Source of the DNA: Okamejei kenojei
Lineage: Eukaryota
DNA: 64,000 bases
Direction of reading: 5' to 3'
NCBI GenBank assembly: GCA_035221665.1
Contig: CM069155.1
Coordinates: 19,344,001 to 19,408,000 of the forward strand
Shown: positions 11,139 through 21,606 of the stretch, piece after piece
Position numbering within the stretch: position 1 is the stretch's first letter
Layout: the number at the start of each line of letters is the position of its first letter
Made by a program: the position numbers and the translations under genes
Notes under the pieces: generated by a model
What the model was told of the DNA's origin: nothing
Databases searched by the model: none
Seen by the model: the letters and a program-made list of their open reading frames with translations, nothing else

Positions 11139-12027
11139 CTAGACTATGTGGGACCCGTTGGGTCCCAGTCACACGGGAGGTCTGGTCTTCAAGTCAACCC
11201 ATTCCCCAACACAATATTCCACCACTCACCCATAGCCCCTAACTACACAGGCGCTGCTCATTTCCCCTCATCGGCCAGCACTCCCTCCCCCTCCTCTTCA
11301 TGTGTGGGAGTGTGGGCAGGGGAGNNNNNNNNNNNNNNNNNNNNNNNNNNNNNNNNNNNNNNNNNNNNNNNNNNNNNNNNNNNNNNNNNNNNNNNNNNNN
11401 NNNNNNNNNNNNNNNNNNNNNNNNNNNNNNNNNNNNNNNNNNNNNNNNNNNNNNNNNNNNNNNNNNNNNNNNNNNNNNNNNNNNNNNNNNNGGGCGGGGG
11501 AGAGGGGGGGGTGTATGTGGGAGAGGGGTACCAGAGGGGAAGGGGCTGGAGCTGGCGGTGCGATGGGGACTCACAGCGGGCGCTAGTCGCTGGTCATTCT
11601 CCTCCGCCAGATCAGAGTCTCTGCTTTCCATTTGGCGACATCTCAGACTGGGCTGGGCCGCTCTGGTCCCTCCGAAAATTGTGTCTGGTTGGAGACCTCC
11701 GCCAGACACCAACAGCGTCCCTCAGCTCCAGTAAAGACACAATGGCGCAGGAAATGGCGGACCATCCGTGGGAGTGACAGGAGAAGAGACTAATCCGTGC
11801 GGTGCTGACTGGCAGGAGAGGAGAGCAATCTGTGCAAGTGCGTTTTTAAAAAAGATTTTTAAACCTCGCTAACTTTTACAATATGCCACCGATCGGAACG
11901 TAACTTGTTGCACTCGCAGCACAGAACGATGAGCGAGCTGTCAAAACATCGTAGCGCTATCGTTTTTGCACAAATAAAAAAACCGCGCAAACCGGAAGAT
12001 AAGATCAGAGTTTTTGTTATGTATAGA
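11139..12027 (-). mobile_element. non-autonomous Helitron
   Basis: minus strand starts TCTATAC after A and ends CTAG before T; subterminal hairpin TGGGACCC-AAC-GGGTCCCA; no TSD. Confidence 0.85.
11325..11491. other. assembly gap (167 N) within a G-rich tract
   Basis: N run. Confidence 1.
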
Positions 12028-12627
12028 TTAAAAAAAACTTACCATGTTTACCTTCACATCGTTTAACCAATAAACTTTATTCAATTTGCTCCAAAGACCT
12101 ACATAACTGCCTTAGTTCAAATATAATTCCAGTTTCAGAACTTAGCCACATCAATTTTGAACTCGTATGACATCAATTTAATAGTTATGCATAGACCCCA
12201 TGAAGTCTCTTCAATATAAAGTTACGTAATAATCTTGTCTACATGTGCAATATTTTAAATATCTTGTTCTCACTTGGTTCCAGGCTTTCTATTATTGCTT
12301 GAAATGGATTAATCTAATTAACACCAACAAGATGCTAATATAGACAGTGCGAATTACTAGTCTCCCAACTACAGGGAGAATCATTATGCAACAGTGGAAC
12401 AGCAACAAGGTTTGAGTGAGAAAACATGGGAAACACTCTTCAAATATTTAGTAACAATTGAGAGCTGCTCAAAACATAAATAGCTCACACCTGCTTTCAA
12501 AACATACAAGAAATAAAAGACAAGCACCGAGTAGGGTATGTTGAATACCACTTCAAAATTACCCTACACAAATCCATCAAAAGCAAAGCTTGCATTTGAC
12601 AAGACAAAACCACATTCTCACCTTTAC

Positions 12628-12694
12628 CTGCTCTATATGACTTGGCTTGGTTGATTGGCATAGGAGTCATTGGGACATGGTACATATGTGTAGG
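12628..12694 (-). CDS. ATXN2: ATXN2 exon PTHMYHVPMTPMPINQAKSYRA (67 nt; 73 nt with the alternative donor, ending at 12622)
   Basis: TAG acceptor; tandem donors GCAG|GTAAAG|GTGAGA. Confidence 0.93.
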
Positions 12695-12824
12695 CTAAAG
12701 TTAAAGGAAACAGTGAAAATAATCAGTCTAAACATTCAGAATTAAACAGTTACACAAGTAGGACATTTTAAACGAGGTTTAAAAATTGTTGATTAGCAAA
12801 GCAGCAAGATTTCAGACAGGTTAC

Positions 12825-12977
12825 CTGTACTCCTGGACTGACTGGAACTGGATACACCATGTTCTGTGTAAAACACATTGGCTGATTGTACACTGTAGGA
12901 GGATGTTGTTGTACCACAATAGATGGACTAGGCTGGGCCTGAGGACGTGGTGGTGTTGGCGTGGTTGTTGGCTTGGG
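12825..12977 (-). CDS. ATXN2: ATXN2 exon PKPTTTPTPPRPQAQPSPS...VPVSPGVQ (153 nt)
   Basis: TAG/GTAACC, phase 0-0. Confidence 0.95.
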
Positions 12978-13599
12978 CTATTAAATGTTAAGAAGAGCAA
13001 TTCAAGTCTCAATTTCTAGAAATTCACAAAATATTCCACTGAAAACTAAAATAAAATTGTGGCACATATTTTTGTTGTCACTACATAAACAGTAAACAGA
13101 AAATAGGTTGCACAGAGATTTAAGTTTTTAGTCTACCCTCAACCTTGTATTTTCTCAAACATTTGAGAAAAGCAACCAGGTGACAGAGAAAAAAGCTCAT
13201 CTGCGAGTTAAGAACCTTACTAAAACTTACTGGAACCCTTATATTCAGCTAGAAATTGTATATACCAAAGAGGAATTTAGTTTCACAAATCATATTAGTA
13301 TTTCAACTGCAAATCCTCAGAAGTACTCAAAAGCTACATACTAATAAAAACAAATTGTTATAATAACTAATCTAAACTAATTGAGATCTGCATAGAAATC
13401 CTAGACACAAATCACTAAATTACTAAACTTTACATGGCCTTATAACCTACAGAAAATAAACATGGATATTTTGACATTGGTTCTTGTACAATAAATCTTA
13501 AGAGGAATGAATGAAAATAATTTATTTTATTGCTAAAATCATGGCACAATTCCCCCCCTTTCTATGATCAAATAGATTGTCAGCAGTGATGATAGAAGA

Positions 13600-15330
13600 G
13601 CTCAAGTAGTTCCACAAAGAGGAGCTTCAAAGGGTAAGAGTTTCTCCAGATGAGTACAAAGCAAAGGACTAGTACTGGCAAATGAGTCAGACACAAACAA
13701 AAATGGAAGAATTTACAATGAGGAATAAAGATATAGCTGAGAAATTAAATGCTTTGTTTTCACAGAAGTAAACACAACAAACCTCTGAGTTAATCAAGAA
13801 CTAAGGGTCCACTGCAAACTAGGTAATACAAGAAAAATACGTATTGGTAAAGAGAAGCTGAAAACTGATACATCTCCAGGACCTGATCTGCAACACAGAG
13901 TTTTGAAAAAGATGGGTATACAAAAAGTGAATATTCTCTGGTTATCTTCTACCAAGATTCCACAGATTCTGGAATGATCCCTGTAAATTGGAGGGCCGTG
14001 AATAAGAGCCTACTATTTAAGGATTAGGAGCAAACAAGAAACTAGCAAATTGTTAGCCTGATATCAGCAGTTCAGAAAATGCTGGATTCTATAATAAAGG
14101 ACGACAAATCAAGACACAGAAAATACAATTGAGCAGAATTGAGCCGGATTTATGATAGGGGAATCATGTTGACAAATCTACTAGATTTTTTTGAGAATAT
14201 ATTTACTCGTGAATAAGGACTAGTGCATGTTGTGCATTTCTATTTCAGGCGGCTTTTAATATGATCACAGACAGGAGGCAAGTGAAGATTAAGCACATGA
14301 AATTTAGAGTAACATATTGGCATGATTGAGTTAACAGATAGAAAACAGTACAAGTAAATTGATCTATCAAGTTAACAAATAAGACTATTCACATTCAACT
14401 ACTTGGTTGAGGGAACTGAAAATAATATTTCAAAGTTTATTGATGAAGCCAAGTGGGAATGCGGATTGCAATAACAATGCAGTATCATGGGAAAAACCCC
14501 AGAAACACTGAGTATTTATTAAAATGGCGGGACACTGAGAAATAAGGACAAAGGACAATTATTGTCACATACATCAATTGGCGCAGTGAAATTTGAGTTA
14601 CCATGCAGCACACAAATAAGATAAACACATTTAACATAAAACATAAAAACATCCCCCCACAGCGAAATCAACGTTTCTCACTGTGAGGGAAGGCAACAAA
14701 GTTCAGTCGTCTTCCTCTTGTTCACCTGTGGTCGGGGCCTATTGACCACTGATATTTAAAGAAACCTATGTAGTGGCCTTGTTCACAAATCAATGAAAGC
14801 TAACAGGCAGCTCTAGCAGGCAGTTCAGAAGACAAGTGGTATGTCAGGCCTTATTTCAAGAAATGTAAATACAAGTGTAAGGATGTTTTACTACAATTAT
14901 ATTGTGTTTTAGTGAGATTATATCAGGAGCAGCGTGGAGCATAACAATCTGCAGCACAACTTTTGTCTCTTTTCCTAAGAATGAAAGATAATAATTGAAA
15001 CAGTCAAAGATTATTTACAGGCCCCAACACTGTAAAATTATGAGCCAGTATTCCATGCCATGGGTCTAGGATGAACAGTCTCAAGGGATAGGCCATTTAG
15101 GACTCCATTGAGAAGAAACACTAATTCAAAGAATGGTGATCTTTTCAATTCTCTACCTGAGGAAGCTTGGTTACCAATTGCATTCAAATAGAGATTAATA
15201 GATCTCTGGATATTAAAGGAATCAAAGGATATGAGGAGAAGACTGGAAAATAATGTTTGAGACAGAATACGATATGACCTCGTTGAATGGCAGAGCAGGC
15301 TCAAGAGGCGAAATGGCACTACTTTTGTTC
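13600..15330 (+). mobile_element. old, degenerate CR1 LINE ORF2 remnant
   Basis: degraded SPGPD, WR.AN...F, SCLTNLLDFFE-like segments and a CR1 3' tail; many stops. Confidence 0.7.
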
Positions 15331-15715
15331 TAATAACTTGCGAAATAAAATCACAACTGATTATACAAATGCTCCAGCCAATATCATGCACCTCATGAAT
15401 CTCTATAAGAGTAAACAGATATCAGTTTATAGGTAGTGGTTCTCACAATATAGTTAACAGGTAGATTCCTTTCATGACCCCTTGGTGTTTGTAAATGGTC
15501 AACTTTGAAAAGTAGGGGGGCATTTTTGAAATGGCCAAAGCTAGAAAGATTAATGATGAATAAATCCTGATCAACATTAAGGAGATGGTAATCGGGTTAA
15601 GACTATTCCATAAAAGGAAAATGTGCAGAGATTCTTCATTTAATTTGGGAGGTTGCAAAAGCTGCCCTTTAACACAAAGGTGGGACTGGGGTGAGAAACA
15701 AAAAATAGAACTTAC

Positions 15716-15782
15716 AGGAGTATAGAAAGCCTTGGGATTGAACTCTTTAGCATTGGGATTCAATGTAGATTTTCTAACTTGT
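15716..15782 (-). CDS. ATXN2: ATXN2 exon with PAM2 motif QVRKSTLNPNAKEFNPKAFYTP (67 nt)
   Basis: canonical PAM2 (PABP MLLE-binding) LNPNAKEFNP; CAG/GTAAGT. Confidence 0.97.
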
Positions 15783-16710
15783 CTGAAACAAAAAACACAT
15801 TTAAGGATATACAGATTCCCTGTAAATGCAATTAGTTGGAAATGCACAAAATATCTTCAACATTATTTTTTCCATCATTGCCATTCCATTTTTGATCACC
15901 TTGAAAAAAATTACCAACACAGCATTATGAAATTATAATATTTACAGGAGCACATGCCCAAGATTAATTTATATCACCTTGATAGGTAATCATTGTCAAA
16001 AATCAAAATAATGAAGCAGCATCCGTAAAAGTTCAGTTCTGGAGCAAAAAATTAACTAGTGGAGGAATTTGTGCAAAAAACAAACTGCTGGAGGAACTCA
16101 GCCGATCAGAATCTGTGGAGGGAATGTTTCAACCTTTTTCCAGACTGAACTCAGTAAGTCAAGCAAGCAGGTGAAGTACTTCTTGTCTCAATTAAGTAGA
16201 AAAGCATTTCTTGTCCAAGTTGTCACATTGGGAAAAAATCCATCAAAGAATCCCCTCATAACTCTAAAAAAACAGCGTTGCCATTCTAAATACAATAGGT
16301 GTACCCAAGACTGAACATCACGCTAAGTTACAAAATGTTTATGCTTCAAATCACCATAATTAAATGTAGTCTATACGAAAAAGTAAAAGTCCTTAAAATA
16401 CAAATCACAGATTTCCTCATTGGAATGTTTTGACTTCCCCAAGAAAATTTAAGATTAAGGTCATGCTCCAATTTATTTTATGTAAATCCAAGATTGATAT
16501 CAGGAACACCGTTTCTCGTCTTTCACTAATTTTATTGAAGTTGAGGATCAACAGATCAAAAGACAATAACAGAATCCAAAATTGAAAATCTGTGTTTGAA
16601 TTGAAAGGTTTAGAAATCAACTTTGTGGTTTGCAGATTTCCACAGTTTTCAACCAAATGGATGATGAGCGTAGAATCATTTTAGATGCTATTTCTGGTGT
16701 GCATACGTAC

Positions 16711-17033
16711 TCTGGTGTTCCTTCCTTTTTATCCTCCTTTTCCTCTTTCTCTGCCTTGGTATTTGGGCCAGTTGTCTGGACAGCTTGGGAGGTCACATCT
16801 GGTCCTCTCTTCTGCTCTGAGGTGATGATGTTCGGAGAGTTGCTGGGACTGCTCGGCTTGCTGCTACCATTGCTGGTGTTAGCATTAGAGCTACTGTCAC
16901 TGGTGGATTCCTTGCTGCCCGGCTCAATCACTGTTATTTTTTCTTTAATTGAATCCTTAGGCTGATTATCTACACCTTCTCTGGACTTATTGAACTGATC
17001 CACAACTGCATCAGGGGTTGGAGTAGTCTGTAA
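16711..17033 (-). CDS. ATXN2: ATXN2 exon LQTTPTPD...KRGPDVTSQAVQT...EGTP(E) (323 nt)
   Basis: within ORF 16617..17207; CAG/GTACGT, phase 0-2. Confidence 0.93.
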
Positions 17034-17435
17034 CTGGGAAGAAAAGTTAATTTTAAATACACCAAGTAGCTCATTAGCATTTGGCATAACAAGTAATCTA
17101 TATGAATGACATGTTATGGAATGTACCACCATGCAAAATATAGCAGAGATAAGTTTCCAAAAGTGCACTGCAACTAACAAATATACTACAAGGGTTAGAC
17201 TGTTCAAAATGTTGCAGGGTGAGGTACATGATGGGAAATTGAGTCAATGACAAGCATCCAAATTGTAATATTAAAAAAAACGCCCTCTCAATTCATTCAT
17301 AAAACAGAGTAATTTTAACCTCCGCAGACATGAGCAAATGAAACACGGTAGAGGAATTTACAAAATCCATCTTATGTCACAGATTACGCACACATGTAAC
17401 ATGGTTTAACTGGTCCTCACTAAAAATATACTCAC

Positions 17436-17506
17436 CCTAAAGTCTTCTCTAAATTTCTTTAAATCTGCTATTTGTTTTTTATGATCTGAAGCCATTGGAG
17501 ATGTAG
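17436..17506 (-). CDS. ATXN2: ATXN2 exon ATSPMASDHKKQIADLKKFREDFR (71 nt)
   Basis: CAG/GTGAGT, phase 1-0; matches human HRKQIDDLKKFKNDFR. Confidence 0.95.
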
Positions 17507-17671
17507 CTGGAAAAATAATGGAAATTCAAAAATCACATGACAATTCTTTGTGCACCCAATAATGGTACACAATACCAAGACCTGGACATAATTAAGACAA
17601 ATAATTTGCAAAAGATTTTTGTTAATTAATCTGAACACTAAGTTGAACACTAAGAAGAGTACAAAGATAGT

Positions 17672-17805
17672 GGGGTGGAAGATTGCAACCTTCACCTCGT
17701 CCGCCCTGTTTCGACTAATGCAATCAACTCGACGTGCACAAACGGAAGATCAAATAGAACAAGTTGTCCAACAACTTTAGGCCGTGCACGCCACACGAAA
17801 GAAGC
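17672..17805 (+). mobile_element. ~135-bp GAA-tailed SINE-like element, copy 1
   Basis: near-identical to 60357-60493; imperfect 14-bp TSD AGTACAAAGATAGT / AGCACAAAGATGGT. Confidence 0.8.
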
Positions 17806-17965
17806 AGCACAAAGATGGTGAATGAACTTCTGTTACTAATGAGATTACTAAATTTGATAAGTGAAATAATATCTGGCAACTCTAAGCTGCACAACTACAA
17901 GTATTAGCAGAAAGTGTTCATAGGATAAGGCTACAAGGCATGAATAACACATATGCAATACTAAC

Positions 17966-18082
17966 CCTTGATTCCTGGTTTGGTTAAGCTGGGGGAAGAA
18001 CCACAAGTTTCAACAGGCTTAGGAGTCTCTTTGTTTGCAGAGGGTGAACTCTGCTTTTGTTCTTGAAGCCTTGCATCTTTAG
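17966..18082 (-). CDS. ATXN2: ATXN2 exon AKDARLQEQKQSSP...KPGIK (117 nt)
   Basis: CAG/GTTAGT, phase 1-1. Confidence 0.93.
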
Positions 18083-19183
18083 CTGTAAATACAAAAATAA
18101 CAAAAAGGCTTACCAGCTAAAGCATATGGAGATTTAACAGCAAAAAGTCTTCCATGAAATATCCTGAGAATCCAGAAACCCATGCTGCCCTTCAGCACAT
18201 CAACTATTAGAATCCATAAGAAAACTAGTGGACAGAAGCAATATATAAGGGCTAGAACAGTAATGCAGTGCCAGCACCAAAACACATCTTAGAAACTGGC
18301 ACCGTGATGATTTTCAGCAGTAGGAAGCAGAGAGACAACATTAATTAAGTTTTGTGCTCCAGAAACATGTACATTTACATCAGATAGCAACAGATGAAAT
18401 TTGCAACTACAATGATGGGACAAAGGAAAAACCAAAGGGTGAAAATATACTGAAGGCATCTGATTGGAGAATATCAAGCTATTTTAGGCAAAAACATGGA
18501 AAGGTCAATGGCACGTTTTAAAATCCTTACACCTAATAAAAGTATCAATGAAAATGGACCACTGATCAGGACAGTCAGGGATTTGGATAACTTCCTCAAA
18601 TAAGGAAAAAAGGTCACCAAGAAATGCAGTTTAAAAGTCAATATTGGAAACAGGAATTTGCTGACAGTCGGCAGAGATGGGCTAGGTAGCATGCAAGTCT
18701 GCAGAGATGATGTAAGCAATGTTGCCAACTGAGGTTTATACCTCAGTTGGACAGCGATACGAAGGTCTTGCTCTCTTTTCAGTGAAATTATCTTTGCATG
18801 TTATTAAAGGTCATTCCTCGCCGCCCCCCCCCCCCCCCACCCCTCCCCAAAGGTGCCGGAACACCTTTTCAAATTGGTGTGTATACTAAGGCAAGCTCTG
18901 GTATCACCTGAAAATATTAGCTGAAGTACCAATTTTCATTATCAGATTAATATTTATAGCATTTAATACTGTGCAGATGTGACATATAGCTTTACAATGC
19001 ATTCAAAATGTAGAAACAAAGAACTGCAGATGCTGGTTTATACCAAAATAGACACAAAGGGCCCCTGAAACATCACCATCCTTTTTCTCCAGGGATGCTG
19101 CCTGATCCACTGAATTACTCCAGCATTTCGTGTCTATCTTTAGAATGCACCAAATCTATAGAAGGGGAACACAAATGGCTCAC

Positions 19184-19402
19184 CTTCAGCCGATGGAGTA
19201 ACAGCTCTGTTGGTAGCTGGGCTAGCTGGTGTTGGAGATGCATTTGTAGCAGGTGCAGCTATAGGTTCAGCTGGAACACTGCCAGGCTGAGAAGATAGGA
19301 TCATTCCACTTGGAGAACCTCCAGGAATATACTGAGTTGGCTGGTTACCATGTCTGGGAGACCGCGGTCTGTGTGTTTTGGGAGATAAACGGGTGCTTGA
19401 TC
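19184..19402 (-). CDS. ATXN2: ATXN2 exon GSSTRLSPKTHRPRSPR...NRAVTPSAE (219 nt)
   Basis: TAG/GTGAGC, phase 1-1; RLSPKTHRPRSPR conserved. Confidence 0.93.
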
Positions 19403-20019
19403 CTAAAATGTAAAAACAAGCGCAATTTAAAAGGAACAGTTAATGTGATGTAGCATAATTCTGCAGGATTGTTTCAGATGAGGTTTATGGATGATGAGTG
19501 ACAAACTTAAAAAAAACCAATCCAAGAGCTGAAGTTGCAAATCTGAAAATAGAAAATTCTGGAAATAACCAGCAGGGCAGGCAGAGGAGGAACAATACTT
19601 TATTAGAACATTCCCTTGTTCAATTCCCAGACACTCTGCCACCATCCCTCGCCGCTCTACTAGACACCCAGGGAAAAATATATTTGCTTCTACGCACAAC
19701 ATACATCAACAATGTTCTCCCCTAGCCAAATCAAACTAAAAATTGAGTAAGATGTAGCTCAAAAAATAAATAAAACCTCTTTGGACAATAATTGTAAACA
19801 TAAATAACCTCAATTGTACCGAGCACACTAAATTGTTTATTCAAGCCAAAACACTCAGTTTTGCCAATTTCTTGGAAACCTGCCCTCACTTGATTACAAC
19901 ACAACTATCAATGCGGCAGATAGACACAAGATGGTGGAATAACTCAGCGGATCAGGCAGCATCTCTGGAGAATAGGAGGTGACGTTTCGGAAAGGAAACC
20001 CTTCTTCCGACAGCATACC

Positions 20020-20225
20020 AATGTGGCACAGTGGCACAGCTGGTAGAGCTGCTGCCCTCATAGTGCCAGAGAACTGGGTTCGATCCTGACCTGGGTGCTG
20101 TCGGTGTGGAGTTTGCACTTGCTTCCTGTGACCACTTGGGCTTCCTTCAGATGCTCCGGTTTCCTCCCACATGCCAAAGATGTGTGGGTTTATAGATTAA
20201 TTAACTGGTCTCTGTAATTTGACTC
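20020..20225 (+). mobile_element. tRNA-derived SINE (HE1-like)
   Basis: A-box TGGCACAGCTGG, B-box GGTTCGATCC, core TCCGGTTTCCTCCCACA. Confidence 0.8.
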
Positions 20226-20829
20226 AATGAGCCTTAGATCCATGATCTAAGACTTTGACCATCACCAAAAATGACACTAACAATGGTCTCTTACTCAACC
20301 CCTCCATCCCCATACCTGCACAACCAATCTCTTCCAATCTTTTGCTCACATCCTGTTTAACCGATCCAAAATCTGCTATCCAAAATCACTCCCTCTGCCC
20401 AATCATCACATTAAAAATCACATTTGGAAATCGTCTATAACTTTTCCTGGTTCTCTACTTTTCCTGTTCAAAACACCCAAAGTCCCTCACTGGCCCAAAA
20501 GTAACATTTCCGAAACGTCAGCATTTCTCTCCAGAGATGTTGCCTATCTCGCTGAGTTACTCCAGCTTTTTGTGTCATCTTCCATTTTACCCAGTGTCTG
20601 AACTGTCTTTGATCCAAAGGAAAATGTTTCTCTGTATGCATTCAACCCTACTCACAAGGAAAGCATCATCGATCACTCATCATGCCTTGATGAGTACACA
20701 TTTGCCCGATTAACCTCCGAGATATTTGTCCATATTGAAAGAAGTTACGTAAACATAAATTGCTAATTTTAAAATATTTTTAAAGATATCAAATACCTGA
20801 TTTTATTTCAACATCTTAAAAAGACTTAC

Positions 20830-21006
20830 CCCCACTAACTACAGATGACCAAGTTCCTCCTGAAGAACTGTTTCGAGGTACAGGAGCAGAAATTTCTCCA
20901 GATACACTGTGGGGTATGTAATCCAAACTTGAAGACATCCCAACTCTACCAGAGGGGCCCCTATGGCGAGGATGACGTTGGGCCTTTGGAGACATTCGTG
21001 GAGGAC
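20830..21006 (-). CDS. ATXN2: ATXN2 exon GPPRMSPKAQRHPR...GTWSSVVSG (177 nt)
   Basis: within ORF 20816..21058; AAG acceptor, GTAAGT donor. Confidence 0.95.
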
Positions 21007-21398
21007 CTTGATGATAGAATGAAGTATAATGAATATAACTATTCACCGCAGCTGGCAAGTAAAATGGAGAGGCTGATACAATTAGGCAATACAGTTTCCA
21101 AATATCGTTCCATTCATATCCAACTGATTTTTCCTATGAATTTGGTCAGTAATGTTAGAAGACCAGCTTAACAAATTGCTGTAGAAACATAAGCTTTTAT
21201 TTAACCATTCTGTGCACTGAACCATACTCAGGTACCTCGTAGGAATTTACATTGTGGTATAAAATATGGCATGCTTTCCTTTGCACCAATATCCACAGAC
21301 CAATTGGGACAAATAGAAACTTTCTCCATTGAATGCTCACAGTTGAGCAATTTCATTTTGAGTAGAAAGAAACTGTAGATGTTAGAGTTTATAACCAA

Positions 21399-21606
21399 AG
21401 ATAGACACAAAAAGCTGGAGTAACTCAGCAGGTCAGACAGCATCTCTAGAGAAAAGGATTAGGCGACGTTTCGGTTCGGAACTCTTCTTCATACACTGAC
21501 GGTTCTGATTCTGAAGAAGGGTTCCGACCCGAAACGTCACCTTATTCCTTTTCTCCAGAAATGCTGCCCGATCTGCTGATTTATGTTTTGCATTTTGTGT
21601 ACATCT
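21399..21606. mobile_element. palindromic pair of Penelope terminal repeats
   Basis: two ~95-bp arms in inverted orientation, CTGAAGAAGGG..CCCGAAACGTC core. Confidence 0.8.

Noticed and set aside
10848-11777. 309-aa ORF and overlapping ORFs
   Set aside because: open only because they run through the N gap and GC-rich Helitron interior; no recognisable protein
12036-12100. strong donor-like ATG|GTAAGT with possible 56-nt exon (GLWSKLNKVYWLNDVKVNM)
   Set aside because: poor pyrimidine tract and phase mismatch with the next exon; at most a cryptic or poison exon with no support
16630-16965. plus-strand 111-aa ORF
   Set aside because: antisense shadow of an ATXN2 exon
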